A stretch of DNA of 59,853 bases, counting the filler, from Sphacelaria rigidula (lineage: Eukaryota), in NCBI GenBank assembly GCA_964200075.2. It is 9 parts of 9 records of this genome, joined end to end, with 100 filler letters (N's around TTAATTAATTAA, not from the genome) between each part and the next. Parts side by side here need not be neighbours in the genome. Positions count along the whole stretch, not along the records: positions 6,663 to 13,224 come from CAXNAA020019336.1; positions 13,325 to 19,886 come from CAXNAA020019337.1; positions 19,987 to 26,548 come from CAXNAA020019338.1; 6 more parts are not named here. One strand, given 5' to 3'. Shown piece by piece: positions 11,331-24,489 of the stretch; position 1 is the first letter of the stretch, and every line of letters begins with the position of its first letter. The notes under the pieces are model-generated. The model made no database searches and was not told where the DNA came from. It saw nothing but the letters and a program-made list of their open reading frames with translations. A program made the translations under genes and the position numbers.

Positions 11331-13324
11331 AGCGCGGACGAAAAGCGACGCAGTGGCATGCAATATATGAGGATCAGCAACGGAAGTAACGGTACGATTC
11401 TCCATACGCATTTCGGATCCATGCGATTCTCTTCCAATGACGTCAGGAATATTTTAGCCGACGAACCTGGATAAGCCCCAAAAGTCGACATGTTCGCGTC
11501 TCTTCGTGATTTTGGCCGGTGACACTTTTTTTGCCCATTTTGGCAGGTCAGGCACACCCAAAATTGTATCAGGCCATTACGTTTGGAATTATCGGTAAGG
11601 GTTACAATAAAAATTAGTTAGATGACACAACTTCGCATATAATAGCAAGCCCGAGGCAGTGCGGTTCGACACACAGTCGTGAGGTGGACACTGCTTTACT
11701 ATGCTATCCAGCTTTCGTCCTACCTATATGCTCAAGGCAAAAGGTTTCCACACATATCAGTGGCCTGATCCACTGCCATACTTTCCTACCTAACTCTCGA
11801 TTCCCTCACAAACACAAGAAGACGGGCTACCACACACGTTCTTTTCACATTAAAAACCGTTTGGATACCTGCGCAGTACTTCATACTGGGTATCTGATAC
11901 TGACGCATACCGTAGTCACAGGCTAACTGCCCGAAACAAGGTAAAATTTATATTTTAAAAAAGGACCACGGGTCATTCACACATCCGCGATACAAAACAA
12001 AGGAATTCTGCTAACCTGATTATTTCCGGGATTGCGAACGCCATTCCGACGACTGGAGGCAGAGCCCAGAGTTCGCACTCGGCAGGCGAGGCCAAACAAA
12101 AGTGGAGCCAAGGTAGGCACCAGAAATCACCGAAGACAGCAACAAGAATCGCATGGTTCTATCCTTGTACCTCAAGAGGGACGGCGGAATGCACAACAAT
12201 ACTAGGCAAAACAGAAGAGTCACCACAAAACAACACATCGCCTCGGAGGAGGGGATACAGTGGGGGGAGAGACTAGTGAGAAAACTGAAGACATGGGAGA
12301 TGGTGAGGACTTCTGCAACCTCTCCCATTTCGAGTCCGGTACGTACCTAGCTACACGTTCTGCCATCTCCATCTCGCTCCTCGGCTGCATTGGTATCCTA
12401 TACTAGAACATGTCTTCACTTTTCCCCTGTCTATACCCCTCCCCGCTCTGACCCATCGGCAATGCCATGTAGGTTTGTTGACGTCCAGTTTGAGCGCACG
12501 TATTCGGCTGGCCTCTCCCTCATCCTTGTGACATGAGGTAATGAACCTCTTCTCTCCCTACAGCACCCCCGAGTGCCACGGTATACCCCCTTCCTCCTTC
12601 ACAGCTGGGAGCGAGAGAAGGCTTTCGACTCCGAACGCCTGTCACCAGTCATCAGTAGGGCTGTCTGTGTCTCCGAAGATTCCTCAGTGACGTCAGCCAG
12701 TTTTGTTCCGGGCGCCCTTGTCCTGGATCATCCCTCCCCTCACGAGTATTCCGAATGCCAGTTAGACGACGATTAAAAAAATCACCGTACGTTAATTGCT
12801 GAAACCTCTGAAAACCAAACACGTGTCTTCACGAGCAACAACACCAAATCTCAACACAGCTGAAGCGGGCACAATGGCGTATTGAAGACAACACGGTTTC
12901 TCACATATGCGTAGATTGGACTGCTGCTCAATTGTCCCACCCGACGCTCCCTAACGATCATTTCACCTTACTCCGCGCCAAGTGAGGGAGTCTTACGACA
13001 ACCCGACACTTGTTCCCAAACCTTGAACATCGGATTGAATAATCCCATTACAAAAGCTACATAACTACCTCAATGAGGTGCGACTTGAGAAAATATGCAC
13101 GACAAAACGAACTGTTTAAATAAGTGACCCACAAACCACGAACACGGCGACGACGACAACCCACTGAACACCGCTCGATACACACCAGAAACTCCCCCCT
13201 GCTCCCCTTGAATGGCTAGCGCCANNNNNNNNNNNNNNNNNNNNNNNNNNNNNNNNNNNNNNNNNNNNTTAATTAATTAANNNNNNNNNNNNNNNNNNNN
13301 NNNNNNNNNNNNNNNNNNNNNNNN

Positions 13325-13398
13325 GTACTCATTTGTTGCTTGCCTTAGTCATTTGACCATTGACCACGCATCCCTTTCGAGACGGAGGGGGGGGGGGT
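13325..13398 (-). mobile_element. 5'-truncated LINE family 1 3' end at a contig start
   Basis: GTACTCATTTGTTGCTTGCCTTAGTCATTTGACCATTGACCACGCATCCCTTTCGAGACGGAG is shared with at least 8 other copies in the window. Confidence 0.9.
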
Positions 13399-13849
13399 GA
13401 TTTAACGGCATTTAACCAAAACCTTCAAACTGATTATTGCTCATAAGTCGTGAAGAAAAAAAACTTTGGGATCCCACAGATTGCTGTTCTTCATGCCCTG
13501 TTGATTGTCAATACCAAGTTTCAGTTTCCAGCTTCAAGTAAAAGATTGCGAAACCGCCTTGTAAAAACCGGACCGGCGGAAATTCGGAACAGTATTTTGC
13601 AGGCATTTACCTGCCCACGTTTAGTGTTTGTGTATTAGAACTTTGTGCGGGACCTCGCTAGGTCATGATGACGCAAGAAGAATGGATCAGGTTGGTTTTT
13701 ATTTGTATTTTTCGCTGGTTTAGGGCCTTTGAGTATAGTAACGACCATTTTTTTACAAGAACGCCCCAACCTCTCCAAAAAAAAATTGAAGGTCCTTTTT
13801 TTTATTCAGCATGCCTCTGTCCTTCTCCATGCTAAGTTTCACATCAGAA

Positions 13850-14458
13850 TTTTAGAAATTAAGCTGAACAAATTGAGAAGAGGCCCAAGAGCAACGTTCA
13901 GTTCTGCTCAAAACTCCCCTAATAACACGAAAAAAATGGGGAAAAAAACGAAAAAAAACGGGAGGAAAAGCTGTTTTGTTTATCTCGTAATGCACTAGCG
14001 GTATTCCATACGAAATTTCATAGCACAACTCTCAAAAACTGAGACGCGATATCCAGATTTAGAGCATCTAGTGCCTCCGCTCGTAATATATTGGTTTTAG
14101 TATAGAACCTTATGTGTGCCATATCTCGAAATAGATTACGAATTGGGTGAAGGTGAGGGTATCTATCGTCTCCCCGTACTCCGGGTAAGGTCCACAAAAA
14201 TAATCGTCATCATCCGCTGAATGCGTCGTTCAGGGTTTCAAATAGATTTTGGTGTAGACGCTATCTCCGTACGGTATAGGAATTACTAGACATGGGGTTT
14301 AACAACGAGAAAAAATTGACTCAGATTTTTGAGCAGGTGGACACCTCCCCCTTGGTTAGACGATTAATACAACATGCGGATCATGGCCCAACTCGTCTGT
14401 GTCAATAATATATTGCTTTGAGAGCTTGAATCCGTTTTTAGGCTGGCCCAGCTCGTAT
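13850..14458 (+). repeat. Interspersed repeat family B (probable non-autonomous DNA element); second copy at 53400-53989
   Basis: Long colinear match that includes CTGAGACGCGATATCCAGATTTAG, GGTGAAGGTGAGGGTATCTATCGTCTCCCCGT and a shared end TTTTTAGGCTGGC(C/T)CAGCTCGTA. Confidence 0.9.
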
Positions 14459-15628
14459 GCAAAGCCCGGATGCTCGGGGAACGATTTCTCGTTGGACTTG
14501 CATTCAGTGTAGCGCCCCCGTTATTTCCCGGGTGTTTTTGGGGTCGCCAGCCTATACTGAAACGTAGTAATTACACGAACACATTATTGAGGGAGGGAGG
14601 GACCGGGGAAAAGCATGTATGCCACAAAGTGGTCATTTTCACCAAGACGAAACCCAGATGTGCCGTGGAAGGATAGAAGGAGCTCTCTCCATGAGTTCCA
14701 TCTATGCCTTTGCCGATGCCTTGCAGAACACAACAGTCGGTATCGCGACAGAAAGTTGTCGAGGTACAACGCTGGAGACAACAAAAAACTCTACACATCG
14801 GACATCAGACAGGTAACGCAATGATATATATATATCTCTTGAGCGTGTGCGATCCCGTGTTAAAACGCTGCTTCTTTTCGAAGGTATACAGTATGTTTCG
14901 CTTGCTTCATGACTTGGAGGTTTTGGAAATATTCCCGATGTTGGCTGAAATATTATCGGTGTTGGCTGCACTTTTTTTTTTCAGCTCTCCTGTTACTGTC
15001 ATGGGCTGTAGCAAGCCAACGGAGGGAAACGAAGTCCAGACCAGGCCTGGACAACAAATAACCAACTAGTGCTATTGTGTTGACCTCTCTGCGGCAGACA
15101 GGGTTTGAATAGCGAAAATCCCGACAAGAATATAATGGAAAACAACGAAAAAGTCGGTGATTTCAGTTTAATTATTTAATAACGACCCGTACACCTGAAC
15201 TCGGTCCACAGACAGGTAGCTCGGCCAGTACATTATTGCATATTTATTTCAAGCACGTCACGATTGGAGAAGCTGAAGACGTGGCATTTTTGCCGGAACG
15301 TCGCAGACGAGGGCTCGCTTGGACCGCCCTTGGGTCCAGTGTGCTACTCTCGACTCATCCCTTGATCCTCAGCCGCCGCCACTGTGACGAACACTGGATG
15401 TTCGACGGCGAACCCTCCGTTGTCGCTGCCGACTCACGAGGCCGACGCCTTTTTATGTCAAGGGCGCTGGCTGTGGCTGCGTCATGAACGCTGTGGCGAT
15501 GCTGCGGAAGATGGGGGAAGGGCAGTTGTATTTTTCACGATGGCGAGACGAACAGGATGAAACAGCAGTGAGCTAGTAGCACACGCCTTTGCCGTGAATT
15601 CATCAACCGCCTCCGGCACAGAACGGCA

Positions 15629-15629
15629 A

Positions 15630-15666
<37 letters not shown>

Positions 15667-15667
15667 C
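15629..15667 (+). repeat. (CT)n microsatellite
   Basis: Direct inspection. Confidence 0.95.
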
Positions 15668-15945
15668 TCCTAATCCCCTGGCCGTGTAGGAGGGGGGAAA
15701 GCAAAAAATGACTCAGGGTCATTCTCCACCAGGACCACCATAAACGTCTTGACCGATCGGTGTCAGATCATTCGGTAGAAGTAGATTCCGTCTGTTTTTG
15801 GTGTATTGACCCCGGCTATCCTCGTTCCTCAGCACCGTGTCCCCCAGTCCCGTGCTCTCATTCCCGTGTCCCTCAGATCCGTGTCGTGCTTTTCGTGACA
15901 CTCGTCGACTCGTCCCCCCTTGTTGCTGTTGCCGTAACCGCGCAG

Positions 15946-16038
15946 GCAGGAGAAGCTGCCCGATCTACCGGTCACGCCGGCCTTGCACTTGTGAATAAGG
16001 GAAAGGAGGTCAACGAGCGCTACCAAGTCGGCGAGAAG
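15946..16038 (+). CDS. Isolated internal exon of an unknown protein (AGEAARSTGHAGLALVNKGKEVNERYQVGEK)
   Basis: Pyrimidine tract and TAAC branch-like site before a CAG acceptor; 93-nt open phase-0 exon; AAG|GTACGC donor. Neighbouring exons were not found. Confidence 0.5.
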
Positions 16039-19000
16039 GTACGCGCTACGACAAGCTTTTCGCCGACTCCCGTGATACACACCCGATCCGCTTTTTGAAA
16101 AAAAAATCCAGATTTGTCCAAGGTTCGATGTCTTCATGTTGGAGATCTACGACCACATCGGATCGGATCATGTTCTTCTAGAAATCAGTCACCCTGCGGC
16201 CTTCTGTTGGACCGCGTTGCACTGCGTTGGACGATTTAATTTGCTGTCCCGAAAATCACTAATCCGCTACGAGTCATGATCCAAGCCATGTTCACAAGGC
16301 AGACGCGTACCCGAGGTAAATAATCGAAAACACTCCCTAGAGAAAAGACTCGAAGAAAATGAGGAAATAAATGAACACGAGGTGAATATACATATACACG
16401 TATGTAGTGAACGAAAATACATCGCATTTTTTTCTTCACTAGAACGAAACCTCTCAAGCCTAGTCTTGCTTGCTTGGTTCGTGATAGCCGACCGGGTCTG
16501 TGTATCGTACAGGACGCCATTGAGCGCGTGGCGAAATGAGCCTCCGAGAGATTAAAGTCTGATTTTAGTTTTCTCTGTGTTGGCACCAGCCAGTGTAATT
16601 CCTTTTCGATAATATGGAGGCGGTGTTTCGGCAACTTGGGCGTGAAGAGAATCCGCACCTCGTGTCAGATGACGCCCGAAACTTGGAGGAAGTGTAGATT
16701 GGTATTAGAGGAAGGTGTCACAGTCACAGCTGCGGCAGGGAAAGTCGCTCATGGCTCGGTATGCATCGATACGGTGGATAATCACCGCGCGCCGATTTTT
16801 GTTTTTTGAACACCCTGCCGTCTGATGACCATTATAGTGTGTACAGTGTCAGTTGACCACGCTGACTGTGCATGGATCCTGCCGGCCTCATCATCAATCT
16901 TCGCCCAGTTATGGATTAACGCTCGAAGAAACCCAGCAAACAAGCATCGTTTATGATCCGCTATATATATGAGGGTTGGAAGGCGAAGGTTTCCGCTCCA
17001 AAACCGTCGACAGTCGAAGGCTCAGCTCCTGTCGCGCGACCAGTGGGTAGTGCGACGGGCCCTCGCCGGCGTACCTAGCACTGCAGGCGACATCCCGGTA
17101 CAGAGAGTCCCACCACTACCGTCACGGCCTTGCAAACAGGCGGGCAGCCGGAGTAGGCGTTGCACTGGTATTCTTCTAGCCTTATCAACTTAGTTAAATC
17201 TCTGCATTGGCTTTGCACATGAATATTTCGGTGATCACCTCACTTCCACTTCGGCCATACTTTGGCGACAAGCCACGGTCTCACTGCCCAACTTTATGTG
17301 TGAAAATGTACAACGATGGACGAAATATTTCTGTTCAGCTTTGAAAAAAGTGTACTGCGCACAGTAATGAAATCTGTTGTCGACTGCCGAAGGCAGCACG
17401 GCGTCGAATGCGCGCAGTATACTGTGAGACGGTCCGGAAATCCCCACGCCGCGAAAGGTAACAGCAAGCTCTCGCGCCATAGCGCCTGTGTCCACAGCGA
17501 CCTTCGCCCAACATACGGGCATTGGTTGTAGGAGCGGATAGCAGCGGGGGGGGATTTCACTCACAGCATCGAGCACGTGTACCGCTACAGGCCTCACTGC
17601 TGCCGGTGGTGCGCAGTAAAACACAGGCGGTAAGCAGCATATGATGTGCTGTACTGACTGTACTGTTTCATATGTGTTCAGACCAGTGCGCTCGGGGTGG
17701 GGCCCGCATGTACATGATCCTCCACGAACTTCGTGTACTATCGTCGTGGCATGATTTTTCAGCAGAAATCGTTTGCGATCTATGCTGTTACATAACTCGT
17801 AAGTGATGCAGCTTCCTGCACATACGCAATCCGCCCGTGAGGTGAGCTTTTGATGCTGGAAGTGCCCACTCCTCTTTCCGTGATGATAGTTCAGTCTTGG
17901 GCTCATACAATTGAAACCTCGGAAAATGACAGTAACTACTAGAAGGTACATATTCTCCGGCACTCATGCCTCCATATTATCGAAAAGGAAAAACACTGCA
18001 GCGCCGAATGATGATCCGCACCAAGTCGGAAAATGTTTTTGTTGGAGCAAGAACCATGTCCTCCAGGCTGGCGAATCAATTCATGCGACGGGTAGGAGCC
18101 GAGTACGTTGCCTAGATATGTGATCAGTTTCAAGGACCCTTTTTCTCTCGCAGGGTGATGTAGCTTTTGAGGGGACTCGATTGACGCCGCTTCCCCTTTG
18201 CGCGCGCGCGTGGGGGGGCTGCGCGGAGGCGATGCGTTCTTGCTTTGCGGTCTCCAAGGTGTTGATATCGCTCTTGTTTCCTCTCGACATTGCACCCCTG
18301 CGCCTTTTTCAAGGCTTTCGGCGATTACAGTACGTGTATCGCCGCGGGGCCGAAACCTGCGTTTGAGACGCTCGCTCAGGTCTTTGCGGTACACAGCTCT
18401 CCGACCACGGGGTGGTCCGTTATAATGTTCGTCCACGTGTGCTGGATCATGCACTATTTTTTCTTTTTTTCTTTTTTCATTGAAGGAAGCTGGAAACCCC
18501 ACCTCAACACTTACCCCGTCAACGGTTCGTGCGCTCATTACCCGGAGGCTCGGCGAGACCGTCTCGCGGCAGTCATGTGGGGTAGGCCGCCTCGAGCGTT
18601 CGGAAAGCTGTCCTGGAACCGGGTGTGGGAGTTGGACCCACTAACCCCCCCCCCCGTCAATTTGGCGCAGTGCACGTGCCGCCTTGCTCTTATGATCCTC
18701 GGCCCTAGCATTTTACCGTTGTACTACTGCACTATTCGTGCATCGGTTATTGTACGGTAATGATACTGCAGAAAAAATTCTCGAACCTTTCTGGGGTGAC
18801 TAACAAGGGTTAAGGAAACTGAGGTACTGTGTTATTTTATTTTGGGGACTGTTCTATGGGTTTTACGGCAAGCGGAAATTTCGGGGAATGAAAAAAACTA
18901 AGGTGGAACTCTAGGAAGATTATGCAGCACGATGTTTCTCACACACTGCTCTTTCGTCGTCGTCGTCGTTGTAGTAGTAGTAGTAGTAGTCGAGATGGTA

Positions 19001-19466
19001 CGATTTGGTCGCAAGTACGGACTAGTGTAATGTACTGTTCCGAAAACAAACGGGTCGAGTTCCGCTGTGTGTGTTGGCCTTGGGCATGTGTAGCATGTTA
19101 CGCGATTTTGCTCCTGCACTACTGTTGTACTGTTCCAAAAATGTGAAACGGCAGTGGCGGTGGACCCGCCGTGTGTATACCCCTCAGTGACTCACTCCAG
19201 ACTGTACTCTGCTGTGGTGGTGTGATATCTTATGACCCGCGCATGTGCGTGACAATGGTATTTTATTTCTATGTAGGCGTTGTGTCTACACCAGAACAAA
19301 CTTTCCGTACCCCCGGCTGAAAAAGTTGAACAGAGAAAACGCCACTGTTACGACGGTGGACGGTTAAGGGGTTACGGCGCAGAAATTGGAGTTTCGAGGT
19401 GTTCAAGCCGAAGAACAGCTGTGGCTTGAATAACGACCGCTACCAAGGTCGCCTTGTCGGCGACGG

Positions 19467-19886
19467 TTTGTTGCTTGCCTTAGTCGTTTGACCATTGACC
19501 ACGTATCACTTTCGAGACGGAGCACCGTCCCTACTCTTGATGTACACACCTCCAACACTTGTAAAAAATAGGATCATTGATCTCGCATCCCTACAAAGCA
19601 GGGACGGACCAGGGGGGCGCAGGGGGGGGCGTACTCATTTGTTGCTTGCCTTAGTCATTTGACCATTGACCATTGACCACGCATCCCTTTCGAGACGGAG
19701 CACCGTTCCTACTCCTAATAGAGACACCTCCAACATTCTGGCGCTCATTACTTTCCTTCCGTAGCTCATCTTCCATACATTACACAAGAACCTCTTACAT
19801 ATCTTATCCACGTCCTGTTTCGCCGTCTCTGGCCACCATCTATCCCCTAGTATAGCCATCGTTTTCTCCCTACTGTATAGTGCATC
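19467..19886 (-). mobile_element. Cluster of LINE family 1 3' ends with a family 2 fragment, running to the contig end
   Basis: Copies at ~19467-19560 and 19622-19886 (ILGDRWWPETAKQDVDKICKRFLCNVWK...NGQMTKASNK*), with the G-run tail at 19622-19629. Confidence 0.9.
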
Positions 19887-20574
19887 NNNNNNNNNNNNNN
19901 NNNNNNNNNNNNNNNNNNNNNNNNNNNNNNTTAATTAATTAANNNNNNNNNNNNNNNNNNNNNNNNNNNNNNNNNNNNNNNNNNNNTCTGGCCATTTTTC
20001 TTTCCTTTCCTACGCAATAAACGAGAAGGTATACCTTTTCTAGGCTATTGCCCTAAAAAGAAGGTTGCCTATTCTCGACTGTGGCGAAGAAAGTTGTTTT
20101 TCGTTCGACTCATCGGTCTTTTTCAGGACCGCGAGTAAACAAAATGTGCGGAGGTGTGCTGACTTACAACACAGTGTGGTGACACTCGTACGAAATGGCT
20201 CCCTGCGCACACGACTAGACAGTCTTACAGCCCATCCACGTAGAATCATGGATGCCATCGAGGAAGGGATGGAGGCTTTAGGAGTGGTACGCACAGCTCG
20301 CCGCGAAGCCGAAAAAAGCCGTATGCGAGTACATGATGCAAGCCATATGCGGTAGTGTACTGTACAACACAAATCAAACCGACATGGCATCACAAAAGAC
20401 GACAATAACATGGCGGGGCACCTGTCTTTCACGGAGACGTTCGAACACGAGCGGCCCATCGAGGTGGAGAGGGGCACCACCGGATGATCCAGGAGGCATC
20501 CGAAGTGGATGGCAGAACGTGGGAGTCTGTAGCTGAAAATGCCGTGGCTCGCAGCAGCCAGTGCCGCTTCAAAC

Positions 20575-20769
20575 GTGAATGCTATGGTGTGGAAGCCACA
20601 CCATGGCGAAAATGGGATGCTACTGTACAGCGGTACGAATGGGTGTATGGATGAGCTTTACTTTATGGATGAAAATAACTATAGGGTGCATCTAGGGTAC
20701 TGTTCCGCAGATGATGTGAGCCGCTCGTCAAACAGCACCTGGTACTGTAGCACAGTTTGCGCAACATAA
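20575..20769 (+). pseudogene. Decayed PHD-finger-like coding remnant
   Basis: ENGMLLYSGTNGC...RVHLGYC...STWYCSTVCA* retains the ml.C...C...H..C...WyC..C spacing with some Cys lost. Confidence 0.4.
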
Positions 20770-20955
20770 TCATTTCGACGCCTTCTTCCTAAATGCTGCG
20801 GCGGAAACGCGAGTGGCAAAATGATTAGTGGCGCGGTACAAGGTTTTTTGCTGTCAAAACTCAGGCGGTATCGGCACGAAGTCAACGTGGAGGCATTGCC
20901 GCACATGCCTCTCCTTGCACCGCCTGTACCTGCATAGCCTCACTTCTTCCCTGGG

Positions 20956-23900
20956 GTGGCTCCGCAAGCGAAACATACCGAAGGAACGGGGTGCACAGTG
21001 GTGTTTGAGCAAGGCGCACGGAGAGGGAAGCGATGCACGGCCCGTCGCAAGGCCGGCACAGTGTTTTGTGGAAAGCACAAGAACTGGGATATCGGCGGGT
21101 TGGGACTGGAACGTGAGCAAGAGCCAAAGAAAAAGGAGGCAGGCAGTAAAGACGCCGATGATGGAGAGGCCGAACCGTACTACGGGTCTGACGGTGAGTT
21201 GAATGGCGGGGAAGATAAACTGGAGACGCGAGGCGGGTAGGCATCGATCCCTAAAACGTGGGCGGCAGTGTTGAAGGATGCATAAAAAATTGCCGACAAG
21301 TCGTACCAAGAAGTATACAAGACAGTCGCCAGGATGAAGCCTCCGAAAAACACCGGTGGAGGTGAGATACGAGTACGACTTGCGCGTGTGTTTGGACTAT
21401 ACAGCGCGGGTTTCGTTTTCCGTCGCGCGCGATGGGAGTACAGTCCAAACACAGAAAGGTTAAAACAATCGTCACGTGACGGCTGTGCAGCGGTCTACTG
21501 CGTCTTCTCTGGTACCTCAGTTATAGTCGGGTGCTGTGATTGAGGACGATACGCAAGGCAGGTGCGTGCAGGTTGGGGCACACAAACTGAGCCAGCACGT
21601 ATCTATTGTATGCTACTTCGTGAAACGCTATGATATTTATGGTACTAAGGTGGAATTATGCCAGAAATTTTGAATGTTATCCGGAAAAGCCGAGGTTGCG
21701 ATCGCACAAAGACAGCGAAATTCGTGGGGCGTCGCCGTTCGCTTATGTGCATTACCGGCGGTCTGTGGTGTCCGCACTGTCTGCATGCACCGTGCGTTGA
21801 GTGTGTGTGTGCGTGCTTCGTACGGTATGATGTGACACAGGCGAGGGCCACATGAAGTACAGATAGCGCGAGATTGCCTGTTCTCTTTGCTTCCAATGCG
21901 ACGTGAAAAAGGCTTGGGTCACATGCAGCTTTGTATTGTGTATTGTATATGACTTGCGCGTGTGCGTGAACTATACAGCGCGAGTCTCGTTTTCTATCGC
22001 GCGCGGGGGGAGTACAGTTACGATGCGCTTTGTCTCGAGTGCTTGCGAGTCCATCATCGATATTCCTTCTCTCTCCCCCGTGTGCGTGACACACGCGATA
22101 TCCACCACAACCAAGGCGACGCCGACGACGACGTGACGACGATGACGGCGACGGGAGCCTGAACCCTGATGGCGATTCCGATGGTGTGGGTTCGGCGAAG
22201 TGGACCACAGAGGGATTGAAAGTAGACGAGGCATGTCCCAAGCGCGAAGCGGGGCGGCGTCGGAGCGCGGAGTTCACCCCATCGGAGAAAACCCTGGAGC
22301 GCCTGCCGAAGGTGGACCGCGCAGGATATAAAGCCGTGGTCGAAGGGAGCGTGGAGGAACTCGCGCTCTCATTCTTTGACATCATGTTCCCCGCGGAGGC
22401 CATCGATCTCATCGTGAAATATGGAAGCCCATCTTTTATGGTGGTCACCAATCTCGACTTTTTGCAACATAGGGGAGGGGGGGAATTCGAGAACGCCTTT
22501 TGAGGGCTCCGATTTTGACCAAATCAGGGGAAAAACAATCGGGATGTCACGATCTCCGAAAAAGTTCCCCCGATTTTTCGAAAACAAAAAAAAAACGGAT
22601 GAAATTGTTCCGAGATCGTGACTTCCCCCGAGTTATTGTAGGTGACGTGCGTGCGCTGACGTAAATTGGTAAGGTACGAGAGTTTGTTTTTTTTGTACCG
22701 CAGTAAAAGACAGTCTCGTGACAGCCCAGGGTGTGCCTCCCCGCGCCACCTGCTGAGGCAGCTTCGCACGGGGTTCGAGAAGCAGATAATCAGTGTTGAT
22801 GCCGTACCCTGCGGCGATGGTGATATTTTCATGCTGCATGTCGCTGCCATATTTATCACTATAACGAATGGTGCTGTACTCTCCTAGTCTGTTGTCGCTG
22901 TGCTTGCTGGGTGATATATGGCACTGCACTACTGAACTTTTCGCGCACACCGTTTGTTCACTGTTCTCGCAATTCTGACTGTGCCATGATGTACTATTAT
23001 ACCAGACTGCATCATCATGTACTGTATTGATCGAGTGTCCTGCACTGTATTACCCTAGGGCACCACGGTACGACACTGTACTCGAAGGATTATTCGCCGC
23101 CTACGTGCTCTTCAGCTTCATGCATGACTACACAACACTTACACCAAAAACGACTGTCGGTGGACAGAACTGTTTCACAAATCTGTGCTACTGTCTGTAC
23201 CATGAAACGGTTCCCCCGACTGTGAGGTCGCGAATTGGAGTCTCCCCGATTTGAAGAAATCCGGGTCTCAAAAAAATGAAATCCGTTGCCTAAAAGTTGG
23301 TTTAAGGAGTATAGTTCGGCATCCAGCAGTACCGGCGACGTGAAGTGTTGACGGCGACAAACAAACGCTGCGTTGTTGACGGCGTTTTTTTCAACGCTGT
23401 CCTGTGTACCGGGGTGAGATTGGCTCGACCCTTGACGTTAGGGAGTTGTGCCGAGGAAGGGAAAGATTCAAATCGCGATAGATGGCAACTAAACCAAATA
23501 TGCAGTATTTGGGACCAATGCATTCGCGCGTTGTCGCTCACGATGATGCCTAAAAATCATAGCGGGTACCCAGTGTGTGCGTGGGCACGTGTTGGACCGG
23601 CATGTGATTACATTATTTACACTTAAACTCTATGGGTGGAGACTGAACAAGTTGATGTGCTTGACAATGTTTTGGCTGGTAATGGCAACTAGGGTTGGTC
23701 GTCGTCGGTCGGGTATCCCGACCCTGTGACGTCGGGCCTCCGCGATGCATCTCACGTGGGAGAATTGCCGAAACGATCCCTGCTGTTTATCGTGCGCTCC
23801 CTCCATTGCTCTGTCGTCTACATCACGCAACACCTTCAACCTTCCGAGCGTCGTTGTTGCCCTTCATATACGTCCGTGATGTAATTACTGCCGGCCTCTG

Positions 23901-24404
23901 CACGGCGGACCTATGGATATTTGGCATGCCGCCATCGTTCTCGCGGGCGGCTTTTGCAACTAGTGGGAAGCCATGGGATGTGTCTTTGCCGCCCCACTTA
24001 TGTTGCGAAACCCCATGGTTGTTTGCCACTGCTTCCGTTCTTCGCTTGCAGACGAATGACTACGCCGCCTTCTGCACCGCGGAGAAGGAACCGACCGGGT
24101 ATGGCGGTAAAAAACAAGAACAGCGACACCGCCGGAAAACCAAAACGCTTGGCAACACCAGTGTACCAGAGGGCGGGTTCCGGAAAAAACCTGTGTATGA
24201 AGCGCTAGGAAATGTACTCGAGATGGGTATCACGAGGCTCCCGCGGATGACCATGCATTGGGGGATGTGGGGGGAGCACAACTTGCTGCATGCCCGAAAG
24301 ACCATGCCGCGCGATTTTTTTTCTCTCACGCGCTTCTTCCACCTCGCACCTGGGGGGCTGCCGCAGAGAGGGGACAAGGGCTACGACCGAAAAACATACA
24401 TCAG
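20956..24404 (+). mobile_element. Intron-containing piggyBac-like (DDE_Tnp_1_7-type) transposase, N-terminal part, decayed; exons ~20956-21193, 22116-22422, 24052-24404
   Basis: Exons 2 and 3 join in phase 0 to give LSFFDIMFPAEAIDLIVKY|TNDYA. Exon 3 continues LGNVLEMGITRLPRMTMHW...KTMPRDFFSLTRFFHL...GYDRKTYIR, a typical piggyBac N-terminal motif series. GTGAGT and GTACGA donors and AG acceptors are present. The exon 2 donor is degenerate (GGAAGC) and there is a frameshift at ~22133. Confidence 0.75.
22428..23303 (-). mobile_element. Family A TIR element, short (~880 bp) copy, inside a piggyBac-like intron
   Basis: Reverse-complement homology to 890-1600. Ends are CCCATCTTTTATGG and (minus strand) ACCAACTTTTAGGCAACGG. 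Inverted GTCACGATCTC(C/G)GAA motifs lie at ~22546 and ~22623. Confidence 0.85.
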
Positions 24405-24489
24405 GTACGAATACTTCCGGAGAGCGTGGGTGCATACATGTATCGAGGGGAGGCGGGCGCGACGGCGTGGTTCCATGTTTTCCCGTCCC

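Noticed and set aside
11500..11560. CLTCQNGQKKC as a zinc finger belonging to the dioxygenase gene
   Set aside because: It is in a different frame from the conserved PRT.G..RF reading and lies in sequence that looks like a non-coding element end.
17235..17963. 242-aa ORF, and similar long ORFs at 1927-2508, 43449-44129 and 56381-57034
   Set aside because: No recognisable domains. They run through microsatellites, intronic or repeat DNA and have non-coding-like composition.
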